From: Dimorphilus gyrociliatus
Taxonomy: Eukaryota > Animalia > Annelida
NCBI GenBank assembly: GCA_904063045.1
Contig: CAJFCJ010000016.1
Span: forward strand, 744,001-808,000
Direction of reading: 5' to 3'
DNA length: 64,000 nt
This document shows positions 26,814 through 40,083 of this stretch, piece by piece. Each line of letters opens with the position of its first letter. The stretch's first letter is position 1. Both the position numbers and the translations under genes were made by a program. The notes under the pieces are model-generated. The model worked only from the letters and a program-made list of their open reading frames with translations, was not told the origin of the DNA and ran no database searches.

Positions 26814-29800
26814 AGATATTTGTTTAAAATATATTACCTGATGAGATTAATATATATACAAGAAAATAAAAAAGAGGAAAAAAACAAAATCTACATGTTA
26901 AAGCCATTTGTCTTTTTAATAAGCTGAGTATAAAAAAGCTTTGAGAACACTCATAAGGTTAATTAAATTTAATTAAAACAAAAAAAAGAGACTGAAATGA
27001 ATATTCTAGAATATTTACTATTTTTAATAAGCTTCTTTTAATTGAATAAAAAGTTGATTTAAATTTTTAAGAATACTTAAAAACAGTTGTAAAAAGAAAT
27101 AGTAAAAAAAACTACTAATGCATTGTTAAAAGTTCTGCACAGTACACCTTTACTTAACCTTTAAATTGAGTACAGTTTGTTATTTGTTACTTATGTGTAT
27201 GTAAGTTGTTTAATTCTAGGGTAAGAAACAAAATAGAGGTTGTGGAACGAGGAAACAGTGACTTTTAAGCCAATAGAACTAAATATAGACACCAAAGGTA
27301 GGCACAGCAAAGCAGAAGAGAAAAGGAAAAACGAGGAATGAGAAACAACCTTTGTGTTACAAAAGGATTAATTAGTAATTAGAATTAGAACACACGTGTT
27401 GTTCTCTTTTTTTTTTGAGGAAAATACGTTTATTATAATATTTGTGAATGGCAGACAAGACCAGGAGAGATTACTAGTAGTGTTGTCTGTGTTGTTTGCC
27501 TATATCAAGGAAATATTATCTTTTATTGTCATAAAAGTTATGTGTAAGTTAATTAATCAATTTATTAATTAATTAATTAGGTTAGTTAGTTAGTTATATT
27601 TATAACTGGGGATGCTATCCTCTTCTTCTTCCATTAAAGAAGAAAAAGAAAACTAGGTTATAACTTATTTAACCCGTTTTAAACCTGTATTTTACAAATA
27701 TAATAGCTTCGTTGATGACTACAGTTTCTACTGCTGTTGCATGTCTTTTAAACTTTTTTATTTTCCTACCGTTTAAGATTTTCTATCAAAGAACGTTAGC
27801 AGTTTTCATTTTGTCCTCTTTTATATTCAAAACAACAAGACGCTGTAATAAACGCATTAATTTTTTTATCAAAAGAATGATAGAATAGACGCTTATGGAC
27901 TTTGATATCCCCTTTTTTTCTAACTTTTTATTTCTGTATAATCATCTATTAATCATTTACGCTCTCTTTACTGTTTCATAGAATTATATCTGCTTTTCTC
28001 CATAATAATCTTTCGCCTAAACGTATTAATTGTGTATCGACAACGAACTTATAAAGCCAAATCAAAATAGAACCTTATAAAAGGTACATCAGTAAATAAG
28101 TGAATATTCTTGTTTAATAATATTAATAATGTTAATTATTGATTTTTCATATATTCTTTCCTTTTCGTTTTGTCATTTTTTATTCTAATTTATTAAAAAA
28201 TATTTTATTACTAGTCAAAGTTATTATTTCAAATAAACATAATCAAACACGTAAGCTTTTCCTATTGTCTTTGTTGTTTTTTATTTCACTTCTTTGCATG
28301 TTTGATCGTTGGTTTCTTTCTCTCTCTCTCTTCTCTTTTCGGGCAATAACTAAGATTTAACCTATTTTGATGATGGACAACTTACAGTCTTTAATTAATT
28401 GGTTATAGTATTTTCTTTTTATTTGACCTTAAACGTCTTAGAATGTGAATAAACCTATTTCTCTATTTCAAGAAACTTTTTAACGGTTGACTTAAAATTA
28501 TTATATCAATTCTATTTTTATTAAAAAGATACTTTCAATTAACTAATTTTTTATCATGCCTTAAAAATCTAATAGATAATTGACTAATTCAAAGAAATGA
28601 TGCTACCCGGAAAAACAAAATGTAATGAGTGAATAGGGGATTACTGTATCTATAAGCTAAGTAGCTATCTTCAACAGACTTGCCGTTTCTTTGTAACTTT
28701 GATGTAAGATATGTTAGAACAAATGTCAATTTATTTTTATTTATCACTTTTTATAATTCAATTAAGAGATTTTTTTCTCTTATTAACTAGGTTTTCTATA
28801 AAAGTATATTTAGATTCATTCAACTTTTGGGCTTTATACTCTTTTCTCTGTAATAATACTTGGCTATAATCATATTATAATCAATACTATAATGATATCT
28901 TAGTTTGCAGAATAACTCGTATAGTTAGAAATTAGAGAGAAATTTTCCAATAATGCGCAATCAACCTAAAGTAGTATCTCCCCTCTCTCTCTGTCTCTCT
29001 GTCTACTTCTATCTAACCTATATATCTGCGTATCTCTTGTTGCTCGTATCTCATTAACTTTTCCTACATAGTCTTTCCACGTTTATTTTTGTATAGTTTA
29101 TTATGAATGAAAGGAAACTAAATATGAGACCATTCTGTATTAAAATGGATTGTATTTTTTCTTTTTGTATGGAAAGATAAATTTAACAAGTTTTGAAATT
29201 TCTCGGAAATCTTAGACATGAACCTTGATATACTTTATTTAAGTATAAATATCTATACAGTTTATGTTTATATTTATCTCTAAGTATAAAAAGGCTATAG
29301 AGACATTTAATCAATCTTAGAATAAGTAAAATTACACTATAAATAGAAATGTAAGGCATACTTGTACATTGAATACGCATATATAACTATTTATATACAC
29401 ATATATATATTTATATGTATATATATATATAGATTTACTTACAATAAACAGTCTATCGTTATTTATTAAATATCATTTAAGTGAAAATCGAAAATTGGCC
29501 AATTTATGATCTAAAAAAAGATATGCTAAATCATCAAAATAAAATTAGGAAAACATATCGATATACAATTGTCAATGACAACAAAAAACAATACAGCTAA
29601 TTATCTTTGGTTTCAATGCGGTCGTAAACATTTCAATATGTTCTTTTCATCATTTTTCATTATTTATTTCATTTAAAATATTGAAATTAAGAAGAGAGTT
29701 TAATGACAAAAATGCTATATAGCAATATATACAGTATATATATTCTTGTATATAGCATATCACTTTTTCTATTTCCGTCTTTCTTAGTATTTGTCGATTA

Positions 29801-29848
29801 TTCTTAATAATTTATAATTTCAGGTTAGAAAATTGTTAGCCCTCTTAC

Positions 29849-31696
29849 CAGGTCTAGAAATTCAATATATTGTTTTCCTTTACATCTATCCAGCGCCGAT
29901 AAGAATATATAAAGCTTAAATGTACTTCTATATGTAATGTATACGATATATAAATATACATGTTTATTCACAAAACAATTATATATAACACATAAATATC
30001 TATTTAACGATCCAACTTATAAGTCATAATGACGTTGCACCGTGTTCAAATTTATCCGACTATCATAATATTTCACCTGTATGAACATCATGCGCTTAAA
30101 ATTTTATGGTCTTCCGAACCAGCTCCCATTACAGCGTCGCTTCCAGGAATCAATTGTAGGGAGAAAGCTTTCCTAATAAAAAAAATCGGATAAATTTCAC
30201 GTTTATGAATAAATTTGAATTATTATAATAGTTATAGCGTAAAAATTTGATTTTATTTGCCTAGCATCAATACCATCATCACCCCTTCCCTTGACTCGAA
30301 TGGAAAATGGTATGCATAAGGAACAAACCATTTGATAGTTGTGTTATTTAAATTTATGCCAATCATGGTTGCGTAGGGACCTACGTGACACGGTATTAAC
30401 CAAGACGGTTCGCTAACAAACATAAACAAGCAAATAATTGATTTACTGTATATACTTTATCCATTTTTTTATCCCTTACGTCAGCACATCAACGAATGCA
30501 TAATAAGATGATCCTGTACAGTGTTCGTTAAGAGTTCCTGAGCAACATTTTTAGGGACTTAGCTGTCTCACTGGGGACGAAATAATAAATAGTCTATTGC
30601 TATTACTATATTATTACATTCAAACATATTGCAGTGCATTACCTCTGAAAATATTATATGTAGCAACTACTGTTAAATTGCCTTTAGGGAGAACTGACGT
30701 ACTAGCCCACTTAATTCGACCAACAGCCCTAAGAATTGATATCTCCAAGAAACAAAAAGAAGGAAGAAATAAAGGATGCAAATAGTATAGAATTCTTTAA
30801 TTTCTTAATTCAAGTATGACAATACCTGTCAAAAAAACCATTATAAACTTTCATAACATCCAATAGAATGTCAATACAAGATTCTGTATTGTTGAATAGA
30901 CTATAATTGACCAGACTCATATCGAACTGAGTTCTCTCTCCGATCGACCTAAATCTCCAACTGGTTTTTGTTTGCGCTTTCCTTGCAACTTTGCCCAGGA
31001 ACCTATTTTTTTCAAAGTCAATAATAAAGTAAACGATAACTTCTTTTCCGAAGTAAATAAATAAAGTTTGTGTAAATTGATACTATTTTTATAAATGATT
31101 CTAACTCTACCCTATTTGAAAAGAGAAGGGTTTGTCGTTTATCAACAACTCACCATGCTCAGTAGAACGTTCCTGTTCGAGCGTTATAAATAAACATAGA
31201 ACCAAATTTCGTTGGCTAAACTCAATAGATAATTGAAGAAAAGGCAATGTCAAATGAATAAGTTTAAATAAGAGCAAACGATATGTTCGATTATTTACAA
31301 CTTACGTATAGGACGATTTTTATAGCTTGTCTCACTTTTTTAATATTACTGATAGTCGTTCCAGCCTTTCTATCCCTTAATGTCAAGATATAGTTATCTT
31401 ATATAAATCTTAGATTAATATTACATTAAATTAACTTTTTATAGCCTCATAGATCATACTTAACAGACTGTTATGCCTCAGTTTTACTCTTGAATGAGCT
31501 TGCAGAGCAATGACTGAATCTGTATAAAGGTCATCACCGATACGATTTCCACCACAATAATCGAAATAATGATGAAGTGAGGCCATATGAACTATACTTG
31601 TCTCATCATCACCTGCAAAAGAGGCCCAAATGTTTCCTTCACTTTCAATTCTGTCCCATTGCCTCATATTTTATAACCTCCGACTTTCGGGTCTAA
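29849..31696 (-). pseudogene. Unidentified multi-exon gene with in-frame stop codons (pseudogene or recoded gene); about 350 codons traced, both ends unresolved
   Basis: Exons 31696-31460, 31397-31306, 31215-31154, 31002-30826, 30728-30643, 30570-30480, 30412-30274, 30172-30077 and probably 29914-29849. All have GT-AG boundaries and matching phases (introns mostly 60-165 nt). Stops: TGA 31161-31159, TAA 30553-30551, a TAA in exon 30172-30077, and TAA 31673-31671 if the gene starts before ATG 31667. Confidence 0.7.
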
Positions 31697-32273
31697 CTGA
31701 GTAATGTTTATTATCCTAATAAATTGTAAATAGGTGAAAAATGATTCAAGTCACCTGTTTTTGTGTGAAAACCTTAAGATTGACCTTTTGAAGTATATAT
31801 AGTTGTTAGGTCATTAATCGCTAAATAATTAGGGAGAGAAAAAACAAAGCTTGGAGACGCTATTAAGAACTAAACAATCATATAAGACGAAAATAAACTT
31901 TCACAATATCCAATTATTATACTATTATTAACAAATATAATTGCCAAAGTCAAGCCATAAATAAGCGTCCACTTTCCTTCTAAGAAATGATAAGCATTTG
32001 GGACGCCTCTTGTCAAATTTAGTTTACCCTTTACAAAACGAATTAATTAAATAATCCCTTCAGGGCAAAAATATATATGTTTTTATTTCTACGAAACGTA
32101 TTTACGTTTCCTCCAAATTCTAGACAAAAAAATTTACTAGTAGCGGCGTCTATCGATATCAAAAGACCGGAAGTTGTAACCATAAATACCTTTTACCTAT
32201 ATTCATCTCCATTTATTTTTGTATCGCCAGATCAGGTAGAAACCCTTCTACACGTCCTAAAATACACGCACGT

Positions 32274-32307
<34 letters not shown>

Positions 32308-32359
32308 TTATATATATATATATATATATATATACATAGACAGATAGACTTGATGTATA

Positions 32360-32850
32360 AAAGTGAACGACAAGAATATTGGAACACCTCAAATTTTTTG
32401 CGCGACATATTTTTTGGAACAATGTTAAATTGTTGAATTTTTTGACTATTTCTGTATGTGCCCACCCTCTCTTTCTATGCACTTGCTTATTCTACGACCC
32501 ATTCCATCATATAAACTTGGCAATAAGAGTGGATTCCTATTGATAACCTCGTAGCAGCACTTCTTAATCTTTTCTCACAGTTCATGCTCTGACTCCAACT
32601 GTGGGCCATCATAGACCATTGTCTTGGTCAGGTGCCACAGATTCTCAATTGGGCTGAGGTCAGGGCTCCTTGCTGTCCAATCAATGGGCTTGATGTTGTT
32701 GTTTTTAAAGGCTCTTTTCGTTTTCCTTGCTGTGTGACAGCCAGCGTTGTCTTGCTGGAAGAGTACTGCCCGCCCATTTTTGCCTCAGTTTCTTCTATGA
32801 CAGGAAGAGCATCTTCCACAAGTATAAAATACTTCTTCCTAGTAGTATCA
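32360..32850 (-). mobile_element. Degenerate Tc1/mariner transposase fragment with one probable terminal inverted repeat
   Basis: Minus frame reads LFQQDNAGCHTAR...IDWTARSPDLSPIENLWHL...EL*EKIKKC...RISKCIEREGGHIQK*, the Tc1 C-terminal catalytic motifs. Frameshift near 32780 and internal TGA at 32577-32575. TA-AAAGTGAACGACAAGAATATTGGAACACC at about 32358-32388 resembles a Tc1 end. No second TIR seen. Confidence 0.85.
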
Positions 32851-33260
32851 GTATACATTGAAGAGTATTGATATGATAGAAAAGTTAGTAAACTTAGTAT
32901 ATGACTTGTATACACTATGTAGTATTAATTCTACATGGATATACCATGAATATTGCTTTGATATAGTTTAAATTCTTTTATCAAATATATACATTAATAT
33001 ATTAAACTTTCTTTCATTCCCTTCTCCTTTCTTCTTCTGATTTTGTATTCACTATTAGGAAGAGAGAAAGAAACTATTGATTTTTTTAGTGTTGTTTTTA
33101 CTTCTTAAATAGGATGGCATGTAGGCTTTAATTAACACGTTACAGTCCAATAATTGAATGAACAGCTAAGAAGCCCATTACATTTGATTGAACAAGTAAA
33201 AATCTTTGTAGCTCTTTAGGAGTCTTCTCTTATTTATTCATTCGCCTATTTCTCCTCCAC

Positions 33261-33299
<39 letters not shown>

Positions 33300-34273
33300 C
33301 ATCTTTGATTATCTATAATCTAATCAACTTTTGCTACAAAGTTTCTTTCTTCGTTAGCATATACTCTTGAACAATAAAATCTAGAATTTCTTATTGATCA
33401 TGCTCATTTTTCTCTGTAAATAAAAAATATTAATATTATTATTAAAAATGATATAAAATACCTTAATTGAACTGAGAAGCTATTTTAAAAGCTAAGAAAT
33501 ACTGTATACATGAATATTTATAGTATATTCTTTAGAATATATACAGTATATATGCAACATGTATTATTTTGAAGGGCAATATGTACAGTATACATTTATA
33601 CCAACTATTTGCCAATAAGCTTCATTGAATAGTTTATAAATACCTTTAAAGGAGAATGTTGTTGTGCATTCTTCAATATTATTATATGCAGTTTGTATTA
33701 GTATAATAATTAGATTTTATTGAATAAGTTTATCAATTCGATAAATGTAGGTTTAAAATATACAATGAATATTAAAGATTACTCTTTAATTTACATTTCT
33801 CTCCATTTATTTCTTACTCTTCCTTGTCTTCCTTCCTTCATTAATCTTTGTCAAGATGTTTAATAAGAAAAAAGCTTTAAATAAATTTATCCTATATACT
33901 ACATGTGTATATATACCGTATATTTATACTATTTCCTGACTATTTTCTATCCTTTTGTGCCCTCACTTTGGACAAGTATTTGTACAACCAATGGATATTA
34001 GTTTTATAGACGATAGATGGCGATTTCTACCCCAACGGATTACATTTGTTTAATTACTAATTTATCTAAAATGTTTTATGGTGGAAAGTGCCTGAACGGT
34101 GATTCTTGGAATGTATAATAATTAGACTTTATTCACAAGACAACGATTCCTCATTAGAATACTTGTTGATAGACGTGCAGAGTCAAGTACGTTCAACCCC
34201 TTCCCCTAGAGGTGTCTGTTTTACTGCCGATAGACGTCACTGTAATAGAGTTTCGAAATGTTTAAAGTCAGTT

Positions 34274-35806
34274 ATGCGGTGTATTTTCATTCCGTTAACA
34301 TTCTCCGCCTTATTCTTCCTTACGAAATCATGTCCAGCGGAAGAATGCAGCTGCATCGGGGATGAAGTTTTATGCGAGGACCTTCAATTGAACAATATAC
34401 CATCATTTAATTCTTATAACCACCGCTTATGGGATTTATTGGATTTACAAGGAAATAATATTTCATTACTACCTCGATTCTCATTCTCCTCTATTCATGT
34501 TAGAAGACTTATACTGAGGTCCGTTTTCAAACATTTAATAGCAGAAAAGTTGTTAATAGACTTAACGATTAGGCCAATGTTTAAAAACTAGCGAAAGGGA
34601 TATACCCTGGAGAGAAAACTTGTATATCTTTACACTTTTCTTTCTCTTCAATTCCCACCCATCCGCCCACTTTTTTTTTCTTATTTAGATTTATTGCTTT
34701 CGAAATTAACTTAACCATTTGAGCATAAATTGAATATTCAATCAAAATAAATTCTATTACCTAATAGGCTGAGAGAGAGAGAGAGATACTTGAATATTTA
34801 TTGCATTTTGGATATTTAAATTAGTAAAAGAAACAAGAAAAAAATTTCTATCATAGATAAGTTTGTTCTGTTATTTAAGATGAAAATGTTCCTCAGTCGT
34901 AATCCTATTTCATCAATTCATTCAGACGCTTTACATTCTCTTAGTCACGATCTAATTGACTTAAGAATTTCCCGTTGTCGTCTGGAAGTAATTAGCAATA
35001 ATTTTCTATCAGAAATGAGTAATTTGATCCAACTCGACTTATCCGAAAATTTCATTAATACTTTAGGAGATTCAACATTTTACGGTTGTCCGAATCTAGT
35101 CGATTTAAGACTTTGGGGTAATCAAATAAATATATTAACAAATAAAACTTTCTACGGGTTAAGAAACTTGGAAAGATTGGATCTTAGCTATAACGAATTA
35201 GAGGAAATCTTGCCTGGACATCTTTGGTCTTTAAAGACAATTACTACCCTAGATTTATCAGGAAATAGACTTAGAGCTCTAAAGAATAGAACATTTGAAC
35301 AATTAACTAATTTAAAAAAACTCTTCGTTGACCGAAATAGATTAAAGATTATCCAAACGGAAGCATTAAAAGGATTATCAAATCTTCAAGTTTTAACTAT
35401 TCAATTTAATAGCATATCAACATTGTACGATGGTAGTTTTAAATTTTTATCAAACCTTCAGTATTTAGATTTATCCTCAAACGAAATTCAAGTTTTATGG
35501 AGAAAAACCTTTTACGGATTAGCTAAATTATTCTGGTTAAGATTATCTAATAATCGAGTAACAGAACTACACGATGATACATTCCACTATACAAAGGTTT
35601 TAAAGCTACTAGAAATGGACGCGAATAAGTTGAAAAGGATTACTTCGATCCAAGTGAAATCTGTCAATTTAACAACTTTATCGCTACTGCAAAACGATCT
35701 GGAATGCAATTGCGAGTCGTTCTGGTTAAAAATCGGCCAAGTATACGGCTATTGTGAGAAAGATAGCAAAATATTTGTTTTGGGGCTCGAATTTGATTGG
35801 TGCTGA
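34274..35806 (+). CDS. Secreted leucine-rich-repeat protein (signal peptide, LRRNT, about 13 LRRs, LRRCT), 384 aa
   Basis: Exons 34274-34518 and 34897-35806 join in phase 2 to give LILS/RNPISSI. Signal peptide MRCIFIPLTFSALFFLTKS, CPxxCxC cap, LxxLxLxxN repeats, NDLECNC...C...C cap at the stop. No TM segment. Confidence 0.9.
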
Positions 35807-36778
35807 ATAAATACTGCGTTGATTATATACCGCACGGTATATTTATGTATATCCATTTCTACTTAAACAGCAAATATTCTTTTCTTTTCTGTCTCCAGCA
35901 AAGAAGGAAAACCTTTATATCAAATTTAGATAACGATCTACGAAGGGAAGTGAGAAATAGCATATATATATATATATATATATATGTATAAGAAAGATAA
36001 CAAACGGTGCTTTTCCAATAACTAATATCACCTTCTAAACATATTGAAAGAAAACTGATGACATGCTCTTACTTCACAATTAGATCGTTTCCTTTCTTTT
36101 AACGTTTCAAAAACCTCACTTATTAACTTTTAAATATATTTGAAGAGCAATAATAAAGAGAATCGTAGGGAAGAGGAAAGAAAGAAAATGAAGCAACATG
36201 CATCTATACATACATATATAAATGTACACCAGACGGATTGTACTTAAGCTTTCCCACACTGTACCTACAAGATTGACGGAATACTATTCACTAATTAAGT
36301 TCAATGATACTTAAGAAGAGAGGAAATCATTCCTGGTAGACTAATTATATGTTTACAGAAGAAAAGATAGTTGAACATCTAGTTTGGGCCTGAAGTTCGA
36401 TTGGTGCTTAAAATAACTATTGATGTAACAAACATTTCTTTTTTTTTATGCAAACACAACGAAGCAGTTGCAGTTCGATGCAAAAAAAAAGAATAATCAG
36501 GTAATTTTTTTATCAATCACATAAAAAAACAGTTAATATTTAATTCAAAGATCTTCCAATAAAGAAAAAATGTCAATGAAAAGTTTTTTCTTTTACTTTA
36601 TTAATTTATTCTTGTAATTCAATAGAAAACAAGGACAATATAAAGAATGGGAGAGATTGAGGGGGCAGAAGTGGAAAGATTTGTAAAGTGGTAGGAGAAA
36701 GTGGGAAATTCTTTATATAAAGTATACACAGTTTATAGGCTAAGGAAAGAGAGAGAGAGAGTGCCTGTGTGTGTGTGT

Positions 36779-36796
36779 GGGGGGGGGGGGGGGGGG
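36779..36796 (+). repeat. G18 homopolymer after (GA)n(GT)n
   Basis: Counted directly; a G11 run is at 56752-56762. Confidence 0.9.
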
Positions 36797-38194
36797 CGGG
36801 AGGTTGAAGAAAAAGAGACTTTGGTCTATTGGGTTAGAGAGATAACTTGAAGAAAAAACAATCACTTTGCTTTTGCAGGTCAATAGTTAATGTAAACATG
36901 AAAATTTGATCTTATTCAAGTGTTTGTACATAATTATTTCAAATTAAACGGATTTGTAATAATTAACCAATTTATTGATCTTATTATATTATTTTTTTTC
37001 CAATTTTCCTTATATTTTACTTTATTAACAAGTGATAAAAGAAGCCTTTTCAAGCGCAAATAAAAAAGAAAAAAGTGGCACAAAAAAGACAAACATCAAA
37101 GCCATTCCTTAATCTCTTGCAAAAATCTCAAAGAAGGATTAGCCATCCTGATCCGACTGCAATGTTATTGCCGTTGCGAACTAAGTTTATAAACCGCAAA
37201 GTATGGGTTAATATAAATTCGGATCGGAAAAAAAGAAGAAGAATGGCCGGAGAGCGTTTGTTCTTTTTTTTTTGACCTTGACTCTCTTCAGGCTAGAGAT
37301 GTCATCTCTGCAATTTTTTTACCATCCACAAATTCAATTCGTGCTAATAGAGTCACTGATTATTCAATAAAATCTATTTGGAAATATCGGAATGGTGTTT
37401 GCCTCCAACGAAAGTTGAAGGGTAAGTAAACATCACTAAATGGATCATTTCAGCGTTCATAGCTATTTCAATAGAAAAAACTCAAAAGTTTATTTGCATT
37501 TTTACAACAAACAGACGATTGTTTATACAAGTCTCGTCTATACTTGTATGCGTTTGTAGTATTTTTCCTCTTTTTTGTTGTTTTTTTTTTCAACATGAAT
37601 ACGACTTGAACTAGAGCAAAAGCTAGAAATCAATGAGGCGTTGAATTTTTCAAGTTGACTTCGCAGTTAATTAGTCCAAGTGACAAACATTTTTGTACAA
37701 CGTAAATAAAATATGCACAGATTAGCGACTGGTATAGCTTCGATTTGTTCGAATATCGATACTTTGGGAGGCGAAGCATCGTTTATAGTCTAAAATTCAA
37801 TTTGATAGGTCTAATACAACTATCGATCTATCAAAAAACACTAGTTCACATAATTAATCTACAAAAGCTTTGTTAGTTCGATATATCGATAAGATAAGTG
37901 CTTGAATTAATCCAATAAACCTTCAGAAGTGGATCATAGTTGGATTAACAACCGATGGTGGCGCTTTGATCCGCCTCGTTATCCCAACGAGTTAGCGTGA
38001 AATAGTTTTCGTCAGATTTCCCTTTTTTTCCCGTTTTCCCTCTTCCCTGAATTATGATGGATGATACTGAGAAGGCGATTTATCATGCAGAAGCTATTCC
38101 GCCCATCAAATTTCATTTCAATACATAGAAAACATGATAGAAATATATAGACATGCTTCATCATACAGTATATATATATACATATATATATATA

Positions 38195-38731
38195 CAGTAC
38201 AGGTACCCTATTTTTAGCCACTTGTTTTTTTTTTTTTCCAAAAATGAATTTTTCTTTTTTTTGGCCTAAACAAGATGTTTTAAAGAGAAGTTAAAATAAG
38301 GACAACTCATCTATCTTTAAGTGAGATTTATAAAATCTTTGTTTATCACAATAGAAATAAGAAAATTATTGATTTATGCAAACATTGACTAAATTGGTTA
38401 ATTAAGTAAAAGTAGTAAGTGATAAATATTCAAGAATAATTTTCACAAATTATCTAATACTGTTACAAAATGACTTTCATTTTTACCATTCGCAACTTCA
38501 TTATTCTTATTTTAAAAAATATAGAAAAATCGATTTTAACACCTCATTGATGAAAAGATATATTTTTCTTATCAAGTTTGTATTAAATACAGCTTTTATA
38601 ATTCTCAAGTAAGGATAGATAATTTGTCTTCATTTTAATTTCTGGTAAAAACATCTTGCTTAGGCCAAAGTTGAAAAAAAATTTAATTTTCAAAAAAAAA
38701 AATGGTGGCCAAAAATAGGGTATCGGTACTG
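38195..38731. mobile_element. Tc1/mariner-type non-autonomous element (MITE), 537 bp
   Basis: TA|CAGTACAGGTACCCTATTTTTAGCCAC at the left end and GTGGCCAAAAATAGGGTATCGGTACTG|TA at the right end (reverse complements, 3 mismatches). Inner inverted repeat at 38261-38281 / 38648-38668. Flanked by TA on both sides; no coding capacity. Confidence 0.85.
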
Positions 38732-40032
38732 TATATCTGCTTTATTAGATCAAGAACCTTTTACTTACTAGATCACCCCAATTAGTCCTAGTATTCTATT
38801 AAAAAAGGCACACACTCTTGTTCTACTATTTATAAAGATGTAATGGTGCATAAATTTGTATGCATGGAGAAAAAAGACTATAAAGATACATCTAGCGTTT
38901 ATAATAATTTGGCCTAGTATGAAAATCTTTTCATTTTTACAGTTTCCACCTCAATAGACTTTTTTAACTTTAATTATAATGAATGACGGGTAGGAATGAT
39001 TCATCATCGTGTAATTATCTTGTCAAAAGGCCTGGTAGTTTTTCAATTGCGCAATCCCGCAACTTGCGTGACTGCAATAACGGATTATCGCTTTCAAGAA
39101 AAACGTAGCCTCAAAGAGAATTTAATTAAGATGCTGTTTATACAAATTTCTTATTTAGTAGTTTATTATGTGTTCTCTTTTTTTAATTTATTTTCATTAA
39201 ATGTTTATAATTGATCTTCAAATGAAATGAAGCAGAAGATAGAGAGGCTAGCTTTGTATAAGGCACTATATAAACAATAGTACGGCAGTAAGGGAAGAAG
39301 ACTGAGACAAATAGAAAGAAGGATTAACCCTTTTTTTTCTCATTTAAAAGATAAACAGCAAAAGCTGCTTTTTCTTATAACGTAGAGAAATAGAAAGAGA
39401 GAAAGGGAAAGAGAGAGAGAGGGATAGAAAGGCGAAGGAGTCGGGAAAGGGAAAAGAGAGAGAGAGAGAGATGCTATTAAAAGAATTGGAATCTTAAAAA
39501 AAATTCGATAAATACGGTGGAATTACTTTATAAAATATGTTTCTTTTGTAACGCCTTTAAGATACTTGACGCTTTCAAAGCGTTCTTTTAGCACTAATAA
39601 TACATTGCACCTTTATAAATAACAGCATGTAAAATTTCTTCTTTTCATACGCAGAACGTAATCAAAGAGATTAACATAAAAAAGTGTATAGTTAATCGAT
39701 ATTGAATCACTTTTTTGTACATAATAAGTCGTCTATTATACCATTTCTTATCTGTTAAACTCTCTTTCTCTTCCTATTTTTCTCCATTCCCTTTTTGATA
39801 ACGATACTATTGATATAGAATAACTTTTCTCTCGGCTTTATTACTATTATTAACATTATGAACGCTCTTATAGACTCGTATGGTTTTCTTACAGTTTTCA
39901 GTGAAACTCTCGTTTCTAAATGGATGCACTTCATTTAACTTTAGGGTATTTTTTTTTTTAAATAAATTCTATATCAATAAGAATGCACTTAGTGATCTTT
40001 CTCTTTCTCTGCCCTCCCCACTTCCAACCCTT

Positions 40033-40083
<51 letters not shown>

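Noticed and set aside
31154-31215. Selenocysteine reading of TFY*AW
   Set aside because: Other stops in the same gene are TAA, there is no redox-motif context, and I identified no SECIS.
32628-32915. ORFs 32628-32915 (-) and 32632-32871 (+) as host genes
   Set aside because: Frameshifted and antisense readings of the Tc1 relic.
37900-37990. hAT-like snippet NLQKWIIVGLTTDGGA
   Set aside because: One short motif flanked by stops, with no other hAT blocks or ends; needs a translated search.
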